IMG/VR virus record: IMGVR_UViG_3300021387_000529
Span: 154,811 to 218,810 of that record
Reading direction: 5' to 3' (one strand)
DNA: 64,000 nucleotides
Source: a virus
Taxonomy: Duplodnaviria; Heunggongvirae; Uroviricota; Caudoviricetes
Shown piece after piece: positions 7,857 through 18,900 of this stretch. The notes under the pieces are model-generated. The model was not told the origin of the DNA. It ran no database searches and saw only the letters and a list, made by a program, of their open reading frames with translations. The position numbers and the translations under genes were made by a program. Numbering within the stretch: position 1 is the first letter of the stretch; every line of letters starts with the position of its first letter.

Positions 7857-10331
7857 AGCAGCTACAAATTTGATATTTGTAAACTTTGAATGCTGTTTTC
7901 TAAATGCAACTTCTTGCTGTTTACCATCATTAAAGCTTGTAAGATAATTTCCATTTAGATAGCCTGTAATTCGACGAAGCCAGTTAATTCTCTGAGAACC
8001 ACATTTACGGCATGTTTTTGTTTCTTCATCAATATCTGTTGAACCACAATCTGTACACTCATTCAATTTGAAGTTCATCGCAAAATATGAAATATCATGT
8101 GTCATTGCGTAATCTACAAACTGCTCAAGTGCTTTAAGATTGTTCTGTGTATTGTCGTCAATTTCAATATATGTGATTGAACCAGCTGATGAGTATGGAA
8201 CGAGCTGTGACTCAGCATCAATTTTGTCGAACACTGAAATGTCTTCCCATACAGGCACATGCATTGAGTTTGTAAAGAAGTTTTTCTTAATCAACTCACC
8301 GTCTTCACCCATAATTGCTGAAACATTTTCAATCAATCCATATTTTCTCTGGAATGCTTTCATTGACTTAAAGCACAAGTTTTCAGCAGGCGTATAATAA
8401 ACACCAAAATTCAATTTATAGTGCTCTTTATAAGCATTACATTTATCAAGGTAAAGCTGCTCAATACGTTTTGCAAGTTCCATTCCTTCTGGAGTTGTCT
8501 GGTCTTTTCCAATCAAAATGTAGAGTGTTTCTGCAAGACCAAGCTGGCCAATAGCAAATGTGCCGTGCTTCAAAGCAGAAATTGTGCCTTCTTCTGGAAT
8601 GTAGCCTTTCATAGTGTTGTTCTGATACATAAACTTAAATGCATCAGCAGGCTGCGCACAAATCCATCTAAAACGTTCAAGCAATTCATCTTTTGCGTCG
8701 CTAATACGCTCTTCAAGCATGTCGATGAAATAGTCAACAATATATTCTGGATGGTCTTTTGCCTTTTTCTTTGCTCTCATGGCCAAGAATGGCAAAACAA
8801 TTGTGATTGGAATAATATTTCCACGACCGTCTTTTTGAATAGCAGAATATAGATAATTCAATGGAAGACTTTTTGTCTCAATCGTTTTCTTAAGAAGGTC
8901 TTCAAAATAAATTCCATCAAAGTTTATATCAAAACCATTGAAAGTTCTACATCCCATTTGGGCTGCATATTCAAATGGCTGCTCATGTTTATTCATCACA
9001 ATTTCTTCATTTACAATATGAAAGCCAAGAGTCTCTTGAATTTCATCAGGCAATGATGCAATTTTTTTGAAGAATTCTGGATTTTCAGACTTAGCTTTTT
9101 CAAGTGTCTTTTTCTTAATGTCCTGCGATTTTTCAAATGCTTTTACCTGAACTGACCAGTCACCATTACTGAAATTTGGATAAATACGCTTTGGTGTAAG
9201 TTTGATTGCTTTCAATTTCAAGTCATAGTTTGGTGTGCCTGGAACATCATTAACGCCTTTCTTAATTTGAAATACACCACAAGGGAAAATTGGTGTCAAA
9301 TGGTTTTCACCAATGCCATTTTCCCAAGCGTCCAATAATGCATTTGTAATAAGTCGGCCTTCGGGTAGTGTACAACGACCATAACAAATTGATGTAAATG
9401 GAAGCTGATTTCCAGAACGAGATTGCAATGTATTCAAATTGTGGAGCATACTTTCCATAGCCTGGTTTGCTTCAGCTTTTGTGTCTTCAAGTGCCCATTT
9501 ATATGCCTGTTTATTTGTCTCTTTGTAGAGTTTGTCTTCAATTGACATTTTGTTGTTAAACTCTTTAGGAAGTTTTTCTTCTGTCAAACGTTCATAATGC
9601 TTCTTATAATACTTAAAGAAAGACTTCTTAACAAGCGGAACAAATGTCCAGTCAAGATGTGTTGCAGCAACTCCACCAAATTGTACCATTGACTGTGTCT
9701 GAAAATATACAACAAACAACTGGCTTCCAGTTGCAATTGACCCTGCAGGGCGAATATCATTTTTTGCTTTGATTGTTACTGGATGCTGTAGCATATCATC
9801 AAATGGAATTGACAAACAATTGTGCATACCTACTTTGTACTTATCAGCATCATGAATATAACCTTCAAATGAGCGGTGATTTTTTGCAAATTTCTCATTC
9901 ATCATGTATTCAAGAGCAAATTCTGTTGAATATGTTGATTGAGCTTCACCAATACGGCCACCTGCTGAGAACTCATCAATGTTCGCATTTTGGCGCTCAT
10001 TATGAGAACATGCATACTTTGCTTCCATTGCCTTAATGACATTAAACTGAATGAAACGTTTCTTGTCTCTTTCCTTTCTGTAGTCATGGTAAGTCTTCTC
10101 AACTTCGAACAAATTGTACTTCATCAATGCTTCTTCAACAGCATCATGAATGTCATTGATTTTTATTGGCTCATCAAGCTTTGATACTTTTGAAGTAACA
10201 TATTTTTTAATTTTCTGAAGAACATCTTCTGCTACTTCAGCCTTTGCTGCTTTGGCAGCTTTTATTACAGCTTTTGTAATTTTTGTATCGTCAAAATTAA
10301 CGATACGACCATCTCTTTTTTCAACTGTCAT
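7854..10331 (-). CDS. nrdD: Anaerobic (class III) ribonucleoside-triphosphate reductase
   Basis: N-terminal ATP cone (VEKRDGRIVNFDDTKITKAV), YIHD..HNC, RSGNQLPFTS, MGCRT, YYTPAENLC, TNSMHVPV, Zn ribbon CTDCG..CRKCG, glycyl-radical motif RRITGYL. Confidence 0.97.
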   Translation of the reverse strand: MTVEKRDGRIVNFDDTKITKAVIKAAKAAKAEVAEDVLQKIKKYVTSKVSKLDEPIKINDIHDAVEEALMKYNLFEVEKTYHDYRKERDKKRFIQFNVIKAMEAKYACSHNERQNANIDEFSAGGRIGEAQSTYSTEFALEYMMNEKFAKNHRSFEGYIHDADKYKVGMHNCLSIPFDDMLQHPVTIKAKNDIRPAGSIATGSQLFVVYFQTQSMVQFGGVAATHLDWTFVPLVKKSFFKYYKKHYERLTEEKLPKEFNNKMSIEDKLYKETNKQAYKWALEDTKAEANQAMESMLHNLNTLQSRSGNQLPFTSICYGRCTLPEGRLITNALLDAWENGIGENHLTPIFPCGVFQIKKGVNDVPGTPNYDLKLKAIKLTPKRIYPNFSNGDWSVQVKAFEKSQDIKKKTLEKAKSENPEFFKKIASLPDEIQETLGFHIVNEEIVMNKHEQPFEYAAQMGCRTFNGFDINFDGIYFEDLLKKTIETKSLPLNYLYSAIQKDGRGNIIPITIVLPFLAMRAKKKAKDHPEYIVDYFIDMLEERISDAKDELLERFRWICAQPADAFKFMYQNNTMKGYIPEEGTISALKHGTFAIGQLGLAETLYILIGKDQTTPEGMELAKRIEQLYLDKCNAYKEHYKLNFGVYYTPAENLCFKSMKAFQRKYGLIENVSAIMGEDGELIKKNFFTNSMHVPVWEDISVFDKIDAESQLVPYSSAGSITYIEIDDNTQNNLKALEQFVDYAMTHDISYFAMNFKLNECTDCGSTDIDEETKTCRKCGSQRINWLRRITGYLNGNYLTSFNDGKQQEVAFRKQHSKFTNIKFVAA

Positions 10332-10411
10332 AACTTATATAGTCTCCGAAATGATTTAGTAAAATGAAGTCTATAAACGGACGATGCTATGGTAAATTTA
10401 CCATAAGTTCG

Positions 10412-10786
10412 TTATTCTGTTAATTGAGACTCAACATTTTTTACTGTGCCTCGAATGAACTTTTCAGTATAATAATTGATAAGGTCTTTCAAGTCACCCT
10501 GTTTTGCTTTTTTCGCCAAGTCTTTGATATTGTCATTTAGAGACAAAAACATATCATATTCGCCAGGATTTTCTTTCGACTCTTTGAAAAGAATTTTTCC
10601 CATATATGGGATTTGTAATACATTGTAAGGACTTTCGGGATTCTCGGCAATGTCCATCAACATAGTATAGATTGTGTATTCCCAAACTGTTTGAGTTGAT
10701 GAGCGGTCCAATCCACAATATGATGAAACTTTTTGTAGAAAATCTTTTTGGTCTTTGTCTAATTCAAAAATTTTCTTAGTCTTCAA
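10412..10786 (-). CDS. HU/IHF-like DNA-binding protein (TTG start)
   Basis: Helical QKDFLQKVSSYCGLDRSSTQTVW followed by VLQIPYMGKILFK resembles the HU fold. RBS gagg. Confidence 0.45.
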   Translation of the reverse strand: MKTKKIFELDKDQKDFLQKVSSYCGLDRSSTQTVWEYTIYTMLMDIAENPESPYNVLQIPYMGKILFKESKENPGEYDMFLSLNDNIKDLAKKAKQGDLKDLINYYTEKFIRGTVKNVESQLTE

Positions 10787-10844
10787 TTTTATTGTTCCTC
10801 TACCTGAAATATAGAATATATTAATAGGTTACTGGACTTTTTAT

Positions 10845-10914
10845 TTTAGTTACCTGTTTAAATATACTTTAAAAGGGTAAGCACTTCTTGCTTCCCTATA
10901 GATTTTAAATTATA
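10845..10914. repeat. Conserved ~70-bp intergenic element, copy 1
   Basis: TTTAGTTACCTGTTTAAA-tatac-TTTAAAAGGGTAAG-cacttcttg-CTTCCCTATAGATTTTAAATTATA, near-identical to about 46208..46275. Confidence 0.9.
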
Positions 10915-10988
10915 GTAATATACCATGGCCCTGCCATTAATTAATCACTGTGTCTGTTAATATAATAAAATATAAAGGTGAATAGACT

Positions 10989-12161
10989 ATGGAAGAAACA
11001 ACTAACAACGGAAAAGTAAACTTTGGAGATTGGTTTATTACAGATGCTCCAAAAACATTGGATGACATTTATGGTCAGCCAGCAATCGTAAAATTTTTGA
11101 AAGAATGTCAGAAAACTGGTGTTTATCCAAAAAGTACATTCTTTCAGGGCCAATTTGGTTCTGGTAAAACAGCTCTTGCCAAAATTATGGCAAAAGACAT
11201 TGCATGTAGAAATAAAGACGCAAATGGCTGCGCTTGTGGAACATGTCCAACATGTACTGCTATCGATGAAGAAAGATATGGCCGCGATGTAATTTACATG
11301 AATGCTGAAGAAATGGGCGCTCAGGATATTCGTGACCAGCTTGAGCAGATTTTGAAGTTTCCAGCAGTAAAAGACGCTGCAAAAGTCATTATATGTGATG
11401 AGACTCAGGCCTTGTCAAAAGAAGCTGTTGAAGCATTCTTGTCAGCAACTCAGTCACCTCGAAAAGGATATTTCTTTATCTTTACAGCAATGGACAAATT
11501 GAAAGGCGCAAAAGCTGGCGCTCTTCAGTCACGTTGTAAAGTTTGGAAAATGAAGACTCCAACTTTCCAAGACATTTATATGTATCTTGCAAAAATCAGC
11601 CAGAAAAAAGGTCTTACAAAAGAGACAACTATTCCACGAGAGTTCTGGACAGAAGGTCTTCAATTTATTGCTGAGAATTCTGAATATTCATTCAGAAAAG
11701 CTATTCAGTATCTTGAGCAAGCTTATACTGGCCGCCTTTTTACAAAAGCTGAAATGAAAGAAGCTTTCAACATTGTGTCACAAGATGACGCAGTAAAAGC
11801 TTTAATTGACTTTGCAAGCGGAAATCTTTCACAGATTGCTTGGGAAGCTATCAATGGCATGGACTACCAAGACAAATTTCCATTGATGTTGGCTATTATT
11901 GGCGATGCACAGACTGTAAAAGCATTTGGAACAAAGTTTATTGAAAATGAAGAACTTTGGAAATGGAAGGACAAAATTACATTGGCGAATGCGCCTCAGT
12001 TTGAAAAACTTCGTGATGGTTTTATGGAACTTGCTTCAAAAGCATATGTATCACGTGGTGAATGGAAAATTATTTGTTCTAAATTGCTTGAAGGAAAAAC
12101 GACTGCTGTCGAGCATTTGAAAGAAGAAGCCCCAAAACGTGCTGGTCGTTCACGTGTTTAA
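10989..12161 (+). CDS. dnaX: DnaX (Pol III gamma/tau)-like clamp-loader AAA+ ATPase
   Basis: PKTLDDIYGQ, GQFGSGKT, Zn motif CGTCPTC, IICDETQAL, ALQSRC. Confidence 0.85.
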   Translation: MEETTNNGKVNFGDWFITDAPKTLDDIYGQPAIVKFLKECQKTGVYPKSTFFQGQFGSGKTALAKIMAKDIACRNKDANGCACGTCPTCTAIDEERYGRDVIYMNAEEMGAQDIRDQLEQILKFPAVKDAAKVIICDETQALSKEAVEAFLSATQSPRKGYFFIFTAMDKLKGAKAGALQSRCKVWKMKTPTFQDIYMYLAKISQKKGLTKETTIPREFWTEGLQFIAENSEYSFRKAIQYLEQAYTGRLFTKAEMKEAFNIVSQDDAVKALIDFASGNLSQIAWEAINGMDYQDKFPLMLAIIGDAQTVKAFGTKFIENEELWKWKDKITLANAPQFEKLRDGFMELASKAYVSRGEWKIICSKLLEGKTTAVEHLKEEAPKRAGRSRV

Positions 12162-12173
12162 GAGGAAAAATTA

Positions 12174-13076
12174 GTGAATCCAAAATATTCTGCGAGTCGT
12201 TTTTCGGCTCATAATAGTTGTCTACAGAAATATAAGCTCACATATATTGATGAGCTTGTTGTTGAAAATAGAGAGTTCTCAGTTCAGAAAAAAGGTTTGA
12301 TTTTTCACTCTATTGCTGAGCACACTGAAATTGGTGAAAGCTATGAAAGTGTTTTTAAAAGAGCTGAAAAAGAGATCGCAGACTCTGGAATGACAAAAGA
12401 AGAACTCGAAAAATACCCATTGATTAAGGCAATTCCAGGCTTTTATTTTTGGTGGCAAAAATACATCGAAGAGAATGTAAAGAATGGTTTTGGTCTTTAT
12501 AAAGAACAATGGGAAAAGGGTGAACTTGCAGGTATGCCACTTACAGGAGCACTTGATGTTTGTCTCATAAATGAACAGACAAAACAATTCAGAATTTTAG
12601 ACTACAAGACTGGAGCGACAGCCAAACTTTCTGATGATTATAAAAATCAACTTATGCTATACGTCTATATGTTATCTAAAAAGTTTGGAATTCCAGAAAA
12701 TGAAATTCCAGAAAGATTTAAGTGTTATCTTTTCTATCCACTTGCTGGAATAAAAGACCTTGATGTAACAAATGCTGCCAAAGTTGAAAAACTTGCATTA
12801 AAAAATACACTTGAATACCGTTTTACGCTTGAAGACTATTATGATACAATTAAGAGATTTTCTGATATAATTGATGATGATGCTTCTCGAGATTGGAGCG
12901 CAGTAGACCAAGTAAAAGACGCAAATATGGATTTTTCATGTTCGTTCTGCAGCTTCTGTGGCCACCCTCGATATTGTAAGCTTACATATGATGCTGGGCT
13001 TACGTTTCCTCGCTCTGCAAAGGTTATGACAAAAGAAGAGTCAAAAATTTATCGAGCTTCACAGAAAACTAAATAA
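12174..13076 (+). CDS. PD-(D/E)XK nuclease, Cas4/RecB/AddB-like, probably Fe-S
   Basis: YSASRF..CLQKY, GLIFHSIAE, GALD..ILDYKTG, QLMLY, C-terminal CSFCSFC..YC. Confidence 0.8.
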   Translation: MNPKYSASRFSAHNSCLQKYKLTYIDELVVENREFSVQKKGLIFHSIAEHTEIGESYESVFKRAEKEIADSGMTKEELEKYPLIKAIPGFYFWWQKYIEENVKNGFGLYKEQWEKGELAGMPLTGALDVCLINEQTKQFRILDYKTGATAKLSDDYKNQLMLYVYMLSKKFGIPENEIPERFKCYLFYPLAGIKDLDVTNAAKVEKLALKNTLEYRFTLEDYYDTIKRFSDIIDDDASRDWSAVDQVKDANMDFSCSFCSFCGHPRYCKLTYDAGLTFPRSAKVMTKEESKIYRASQKTK

Positions 13077-13078
13077 TT

Positions 13079-14317
13079 ATGCAAAAGTTTAAGTTATATC
13101 CTGTAATAAATGGAACGACTGATTTCAAAAGCCTTTCATCTTTTATAAAAAAGACTGTTATTTACAACTCTCTTGAAAATGGGCTTCCATTTGGTTACAT
13201 GGATATAATTGACCCAGAAAGTAGAACTTTGACACAGTTTGAAAACCTTCAAATTGGTTCTCAACTTGACTTAAAAGTCGCTTATGATGAAGGCAGTGTT
13301 GGAAGTAATGTTGAGAAATTAAACATTGAAGACTGGGTTTTGTTACGTACACAAGCTATAAATGACTCGCCTGGAAAAGATTCTACACTTCGTATTATTT
13401 TTGGTCATAAAATGTTTTTGTATAAAGACCAAACTAACCATTGTTTTGAAGCACAGTCCAATGATAAAATCATTAAACGAGTACTAGAAGACAAAACACG
13501 CGGATGTGACTTTAAGCTTGTTCATGCTGATATTCCAGATAATGAACCAATTAAAAGATATAAAGTTTTGGAGAGCGATTGGGAGTTTTTGAAGAACAAA
13601 GTTGTGGCTTTCTCATCATATAAAAAGACCCCAATGTATTTGTATGCCGACTTGAATAGTAATTTTTATTTTGATTCAATCGCTACAATGTTTAGCAAAA
13701 ATCCTCAAATGGTTTTGTATTATTCACCAGACAATGAAGAAAGTAGTGAAGCATATAAAGAATTTACAAATGTATATGCAACAACTGAAACAGACATACC
13801 AATGTCATTCAAAATGGACATTGGAAACAAAAATGCTGTTTCAGAGATGAATAAACAATTTATTATTTTTGATAACCAAACTGGAATGACTTTTTCAGGT
13901 ATAAAAGGCCCAAGCTCAAAAATCGAAAATGATAATACAGCTCTTTCTAAATATTATCCGATTGACTATGCATTCGCAGCTCTTACATCAAGTGGTTCAT
14001 CAATTTCTACGTTGAACAATCATAATTTGAATGATGCCTACAATCTCTTAAATAATTCATTAAAAGATTTTGACAGGATGTTTACATTAAATATTAAAAC
14101 AAGATTTAGCGCAGCTCTTTTGGATATTGGAAATTGTATTGCTTTATTTTTTTCAAAAGGACACTGGGCAAATGGAAAATGGATTTTATTGTCGAATAAA
14201 ATTGTTTTAGATGAAGGTGGAAATGCTCAAATAGACTTAGTTTTAGGTCGCCCAACATTTAGTGGAAGTAAGTCTAAGACAACACTTACAAATTATGGAA
14301 GTTTGTTTCATCGTTAA
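13079..14317 (+). CDS. Baseplate hub / tail protein (gp27/gpD-like)
   Basis: ESDWEFLKN, FYFDSI, GHWANGKWIL pattern. Directly precedes the spike gene. AACTAAAT motif 4 nt before the ATG. Confidence 0.55.
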   Translation: MQKFKLYPVINGTTDFKSLSSFIKKTVIYNSLENGLPFGYMDIIDPESRTLTQFENLQIGSQLDLKVAYDEGSVGSNVEKLNIEDWVLLRTQAINDSPGKDSTLRIIFGHKMFLYKDQTNHCFEAQSNDKIIKRVLEDKTRGCDFKLVHADIPDNEPIKRYKVLESDWEFLKNKVVAFSSYKKTPMYLYADLNSNFYFDSIATMFSKNPQMVLYYSPDNEESSEAYKEFTNVYATTETDIPMSFKMDIGNKNAVSEMNKQFIIFDNQTGMTFSGIKGPSSKIENDNTALSKYYPIDYAFAALTSSGSSISTLNNHNLNDAYNLLNNSLKDFDRMFTLNIKTRFSAALLDIGNCIALFFSKGHWANGKWILLSNKIVLDEGGNAQIDLVLGRPTFSGSKSKTTLTNYGSLFHR

Positions 14318-14329
14318 GGAGAATTAAGA

Positions 14330-15136
14330 ATGACAAAACAAGAAGACTTAGACGAACTCGAGTTCAATGATATTCAATCTGGACTTTTTCCACAATTTCC
14401 AATTGAAGGTAGAAGAGCTGCTTTAAACAGTGATGAATTTATTTTTAGAAAAGCAAAAATTTATAAACTCAATGGAAATAATAACACAAAAGATGATAGA
14501 ATTAAAGTTCAAGTTTTGCCAGAATTAGCTGGAATTAAAGAAGAAGAAAAAGAATTTTTGCCAGAATATCCACCATTTTTTGCTGGAACATTTCATCCTG
14601 GTGATGAAGGAGAATTTACTTGGGTTGTATGTACACCAGACTTACAGCAAGGTTATATTATTGGGCCTTCAAATATTTTTCCAATTGATGATAAATATGT
14701 TAAAGGCTCATCATATAATTATACAGCAATTAAAAACTTTTTGAAACAAAGACAAGCATGTCCAACAGATTTTGAATATGAAGACATTGTTATAGACAAA
14801 TGTGTTATGACTGACAAAGGCGGTGTTTGTGAGGGTTACAATCGAAAAACAGGAGATTGGTTCTTATTAAATTCGACTGGAGCAGTTATAACTGTACAAC
14901 AACAAAAAATTTATTTACGTGTAGGTTCGCCACCAAATCCAATTTCTTCTGGACCAACAGGCTTTAGTGCTATTACAATGACACCAAACTTTGTGAAATT
15001 TAAGACACCAAATTTTCAAGTAGAAGCAGATACTGTAACGTTAGGACATCATGGTAGAGCATTATTCGCTGGAGGTGGCATGGACTTTGGAACACAAGGT
15101 CAGCCATTTATCCCAGCAGATGGAGTTTATATTTAA
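14330..15136 (+). CDS. Baseplate spike (gp5/gpV-like)
   Basis: OB-fold-like DDRIKVQVLPEL..FHPGDEGEFTWVV followed by beta-strand repeats. Confidence 0.55.
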   Translation: MTKQEDLDELEFNDIQSGLFPQFPIEGRRAALNSDEFIFRKAKIYKLNGNNNTKDDRIKVQVLPELAGIKEEEKEFLPEYPPFFAGTFHPGDEGEFTWVVCTPDLQQGYIIGPSNIFPIDDKYVKGSSYNYTAIKNFLKQRQACPTDFEYEDIVIDKCVMTDKGGVCEGYNRKTGDWFLLNSTGAVITVQQQKIYLRVGSPPNPISSGPTGFSAITMTPNFVKFKTPNFQVEADTVTLGHHGRALFAGGGMDFGTQGQPFIPADGVYI

Positions 15137-15411
15137 TGAAAAAATACATTTTAGATATTCGTTTTGGAGCTAAAGCAAAAATTGATATTGACCATGCTCC
15201 TGATGTAACAAATGAAGAGTTTGAAAAAGTTTTAGATGAGCTTAGAAAAATTATGGACACAATTCTTCCTGAATATAAGTTTAGAGCTGTCGATAGACTT
15301 TATATTGCAGACATCAGTGAAAGACTAGTCAAAGAATTGAACAATATTGGAAAAGTTGTACGAGCCGAGCAAATTGAAGAATTTAGAGTTTGCTTTGCGT
15401 TTATGGCATAA
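15136..15411 (+). CDS. Hypothetical protein
   Basis: 91 aa, overlaps the stop of the spike gene. Confidence 0.5.
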   Translation: MKKYILDIRFGAKAKIDIDHAPDVTNEEFEKVLDELRKIMDTILPEYKFRAVDRLYIADISERLVKELNNIGKVVRAEQIEEFRVCFAFMA

Positions 15412-15892
15412 TTACAAGTTCTCTAATTGCGCCATAAATGTAGTCTTCGTATGACTTTCTATTCTGAAGAGCGGGCTCTCTAGAATATAATTCTTTTAGA
15501 GAGTCTGTAATTGTATTGATGAACTTCGGAAACAAGCCCACCTGTGCTATTAGCATTTTTTCATTTATAATATATGAAAGCCTTCTATTAAGTTCAAAAT
15601 ATTTTTCATCAACCTTCACTAAGTCATAAATATCTTCAAACTTCATGCCTCTTTTAGACATTTCATCAATTTGAGATAATTTCTGTCGTATTTTTAATTT
15701 ACGAAAAATAACAGTTTCTTTTTGTGAGCGTCTTCTTTCTGTGTATTTGTGTCCATATTCTACAAATTGAGGAAGCTTTCTTTTCTTAGACAACCGTAAA
15801 AAACCTTTTGAAAAACCTTCTGGTGCTTTTTCATTTTCATATATTCTTTTATTGAAGACACCATTATTGTACCATTCATAGTTCATATACAA
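15401..15892 (-). CDS. Homing-endonuclease-derived DNA-binding protein (no nuclease domain seen)
   Basis: N-terminal WYNNGVFNKRIYENEKAPEGFSKG motif typical of phage homing-endonuclease DNA-binding modules. Basic; inverted relative to its neighbours. Confidence 0.45.
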   Translation of the reverse strand: MYMNYEWYNNGVFNKRIYENEKAPEGFSKGFLRLSKKRKLPQFVEYGHKYTERRRSQKETVIFRKLKIRQKLSQIDEMSKRGMKFEDIYDLVKVDEKYFELNRRLSYIINEKMLIAQVGLFPKFINTITDSLKELYSREPALQNRKSYEDYIYGAIRELVIMP

Positions 15893-15990
15893 TAAATTAG
15901 TGACTCTTTCTTCGAAGATGGAAGCAACATCTTTTGATAATTTTAAACAATGAAAACTATATTATTATCTTATATATAGGAGATTTTTAT

Positions 15991-18900
15991 ATGGCAAAAG
16001 AAATTTTTCCAAAGTCTGTATTTGAAAACCAGACAAATGGAACTGTTTTTTACCGTGAAGGAAAATTGAATGACCCAATGATGCCTAACACACCAAATAT
16101 GGCAGGTATCTTCGAGTCATGGCGTTATTCTTTCGACTCTGGAAAACAGATTTTTAGAGCTGAAGCTGAAAGTCCTGATAAACATGGCAAAGTAATGGAA
16201 AGACGTCTTATAAAAGACAAATTTGGCAATCCTCACTGGAGTGACTGGGTTGAAATTAGCAGTGGTGAAGCACATGGTATTCAGGCAATTGCAATCAATG
16301 ACCGCCCACTTTTGTTGCCAAATGCAGATGGCGCAATCAAATTGATGATTACTCCACAGATGATTGGAACTCTTACAGCAAGTGAAATTCTTTCTTTGGT
16401 AAGAGACACAGTTGCTGACAATTACAGTGAAAATTACATTTATGTAAAATGGGACAATTCTTGTGAGACTCCATATGAAGTAATCAATAAAGCATTCCCA
16501 AATGGTGGAACAGAAGGAAAGTATTACCTCGTTGAAGCTAAACCTGAAGAAGGTGTCGTACATAACTCAACATATTTTGTTTATGAACAGACTGGTGCAA
16601 CAACAAATCATGGTGGTTATGACTTCATTAAAGTTGAAGCTCCTGCTGACTTAGGTGCATTTGTTTCATATTCTGTTTTCAATGAGCACACAAATGACTC
16701 TATCATCCATGTTACACAAGAAGAAAAAGATAAATGGAATAGCAGCTCAAATATCTCTGACGGTATCGAAGTTAAACTTGATGAGATTCGTTCTACTATT
16801 GAAACAAATAAAACTACAATTGAAAACTCAATTGGTGATGTAAAGCGTGACCTCGAAGGAAAAATTGCAGCTGTTAAAAATGAATTAACAGAAAGAATGG
16901 AAAATGGTTTTGCATCAGCTGCTTCTGAGATTGAGCGTCTTGTAGATGAAACAAGAGACAGAATTGAAGCTCATATTTCAGATGACGATAAACATATCAC
17001 AGCTGAGGAACGTTCACGTATTGCTTCTATGTATGCAACAGTTGGTAATATTCCAACAGGTGAAGACAGATACATTCTCGAAAATGGTCGCTTCGTTCAT
17101 TCATTTGAGCAGATTGCAAAAGAGAACTCAACAGTAAAAACTGAAGAGTTTACAATCAACGAAAACTTCCACAGATTTAAGTATTGGACAAATAAAGAAT
17201 ATATCATCACAAAAGACAAGAAATTTGTTGAATATATCGAAAATATCATTTCTGGAAATAACTTCATTGATGAATGCTTCATCGAAATGGCAGGCCTCAA
17301 GGTAAGAAATGGTAAGTTCAAGATTGTTGCAAGCACAGGTTTCTCAACAGATTGGTACAGTGATGGTGCAACAAGCATTACACGTATCAAAATTCCTTTG
17401 ACTCATACAGCAGACTCAGCAATTGCTGATGCAACACCAGACTCAATCTTCTTCGTTCTTGATAATGATGAAACAGTTGTTGAAACAAGCTCTGTAAGAG
17501 TTTATGTAAGATACTCTAAGAAATCAGCTGTACAGATTGGTGACCCAACAAAAGCACTTCCATTAAATATGGTTGGTCCTGATAATGCAGTTCCAACATA
17601 TAATGGAAAACCATTGAATGAACTCTATGGCGGCGCACAGTGGAAAGATATTGTAGGTGACATCAATCTTAATGAAGCACTTGACAAAAAACTTGCTGAT
17701 GCTTTGAATAAAACTGTAAAAATTGCAAATGAAAATGACCAGCTCAGATATGACGTTTTCAGAGACGGACTTATTCGCTCTATTTGCCAGCAGACTGGCG
17801 ACCTTGAAGAAAAGACTTTTGAAATGAAAGCTCCAAGCGGAAAATATCTTGAAGGTCAGGCACTCTTTGAAGGCATCAGAGACAAGTTTGCAGAAATCGA
17901 AGCTCAAGGATATATAATTCAGAGCTGCAAAGTTGATATTGAGCATGCTTCTACATATCAGAATGAAAAAGGTGAAGAAATTCCACTTTATTTCAAAACT
18001 GATAATGGAGCAATTGACCAGTCAGTAGCATTCAGTGGAACATTCAACTGGAACTGGCCTGGAAAAACATTTGAGTCATTCGATAAAATCATTCTTGGCA
18101 ATGGTTCAGAATATATCACAAATCCAAAATTCATTATCAAAACTGTAAAGTTTGGTGATGTTGAAATTGGTCTTCTTAATGAACTTACAAAGAAATATTA
18201 CAATGCTACACTCAAAGCTGAAAAATTTGCTGTTGAAGCTGATGAGATTGAGCTCGGTTCAGAAAATACTCCTGTAAAAGTTCATGGCCAAGAAGCTGAT
18301 GAAAGATATGCTTCAAGAGAATTATTCGAACAAGAATGTGAAGCTCGTGCTGAAGCAGATTTGAAGAATGCTGAAATCGCTGCCCAGGCAACAACAGCTC
18401 TTAAAGGTGAGTTTGAGTCAAAAGTTGCAGAAATTTCTGACAAAGTTGATGAGTTTATCAACAATGCTGAAGACTATAAAGCTGAAGTTGCAGAAGAAAC
18501 TGAAGAAAGAAAACGTGCTGATGAAGCTCTTGCAGCAGTTATCGACACAGCTAAAGCAGAAATTGATGCACTCAAAGAAACAACTGCTAAGAAAGAAGAC
18601 CTCAAGAAATATGAGAAAACTTTCAATGTTGAGAACTTTGACTTGATTATCGACAGCAATGAGAAATTGCTTGAGACTTTGAAAGATGGTACTTTTGAAA
18701 ATTCAAAAACAATTCTTTTCAGAGCTGGAAATTATTCACTTCAGGGCGATGAAATTGCTGATGTGCGTATAGACTTCTCTAAGATTGTATACATCAAAGG
18801 TGAGAGATTGACTAGTGTTGACTTGTCAGCTGGAAATCCACCTATTGAAAATACATTCGATACAACTGAGTTTGAAGGCATCAACTTTGAAGTTGGTTCA

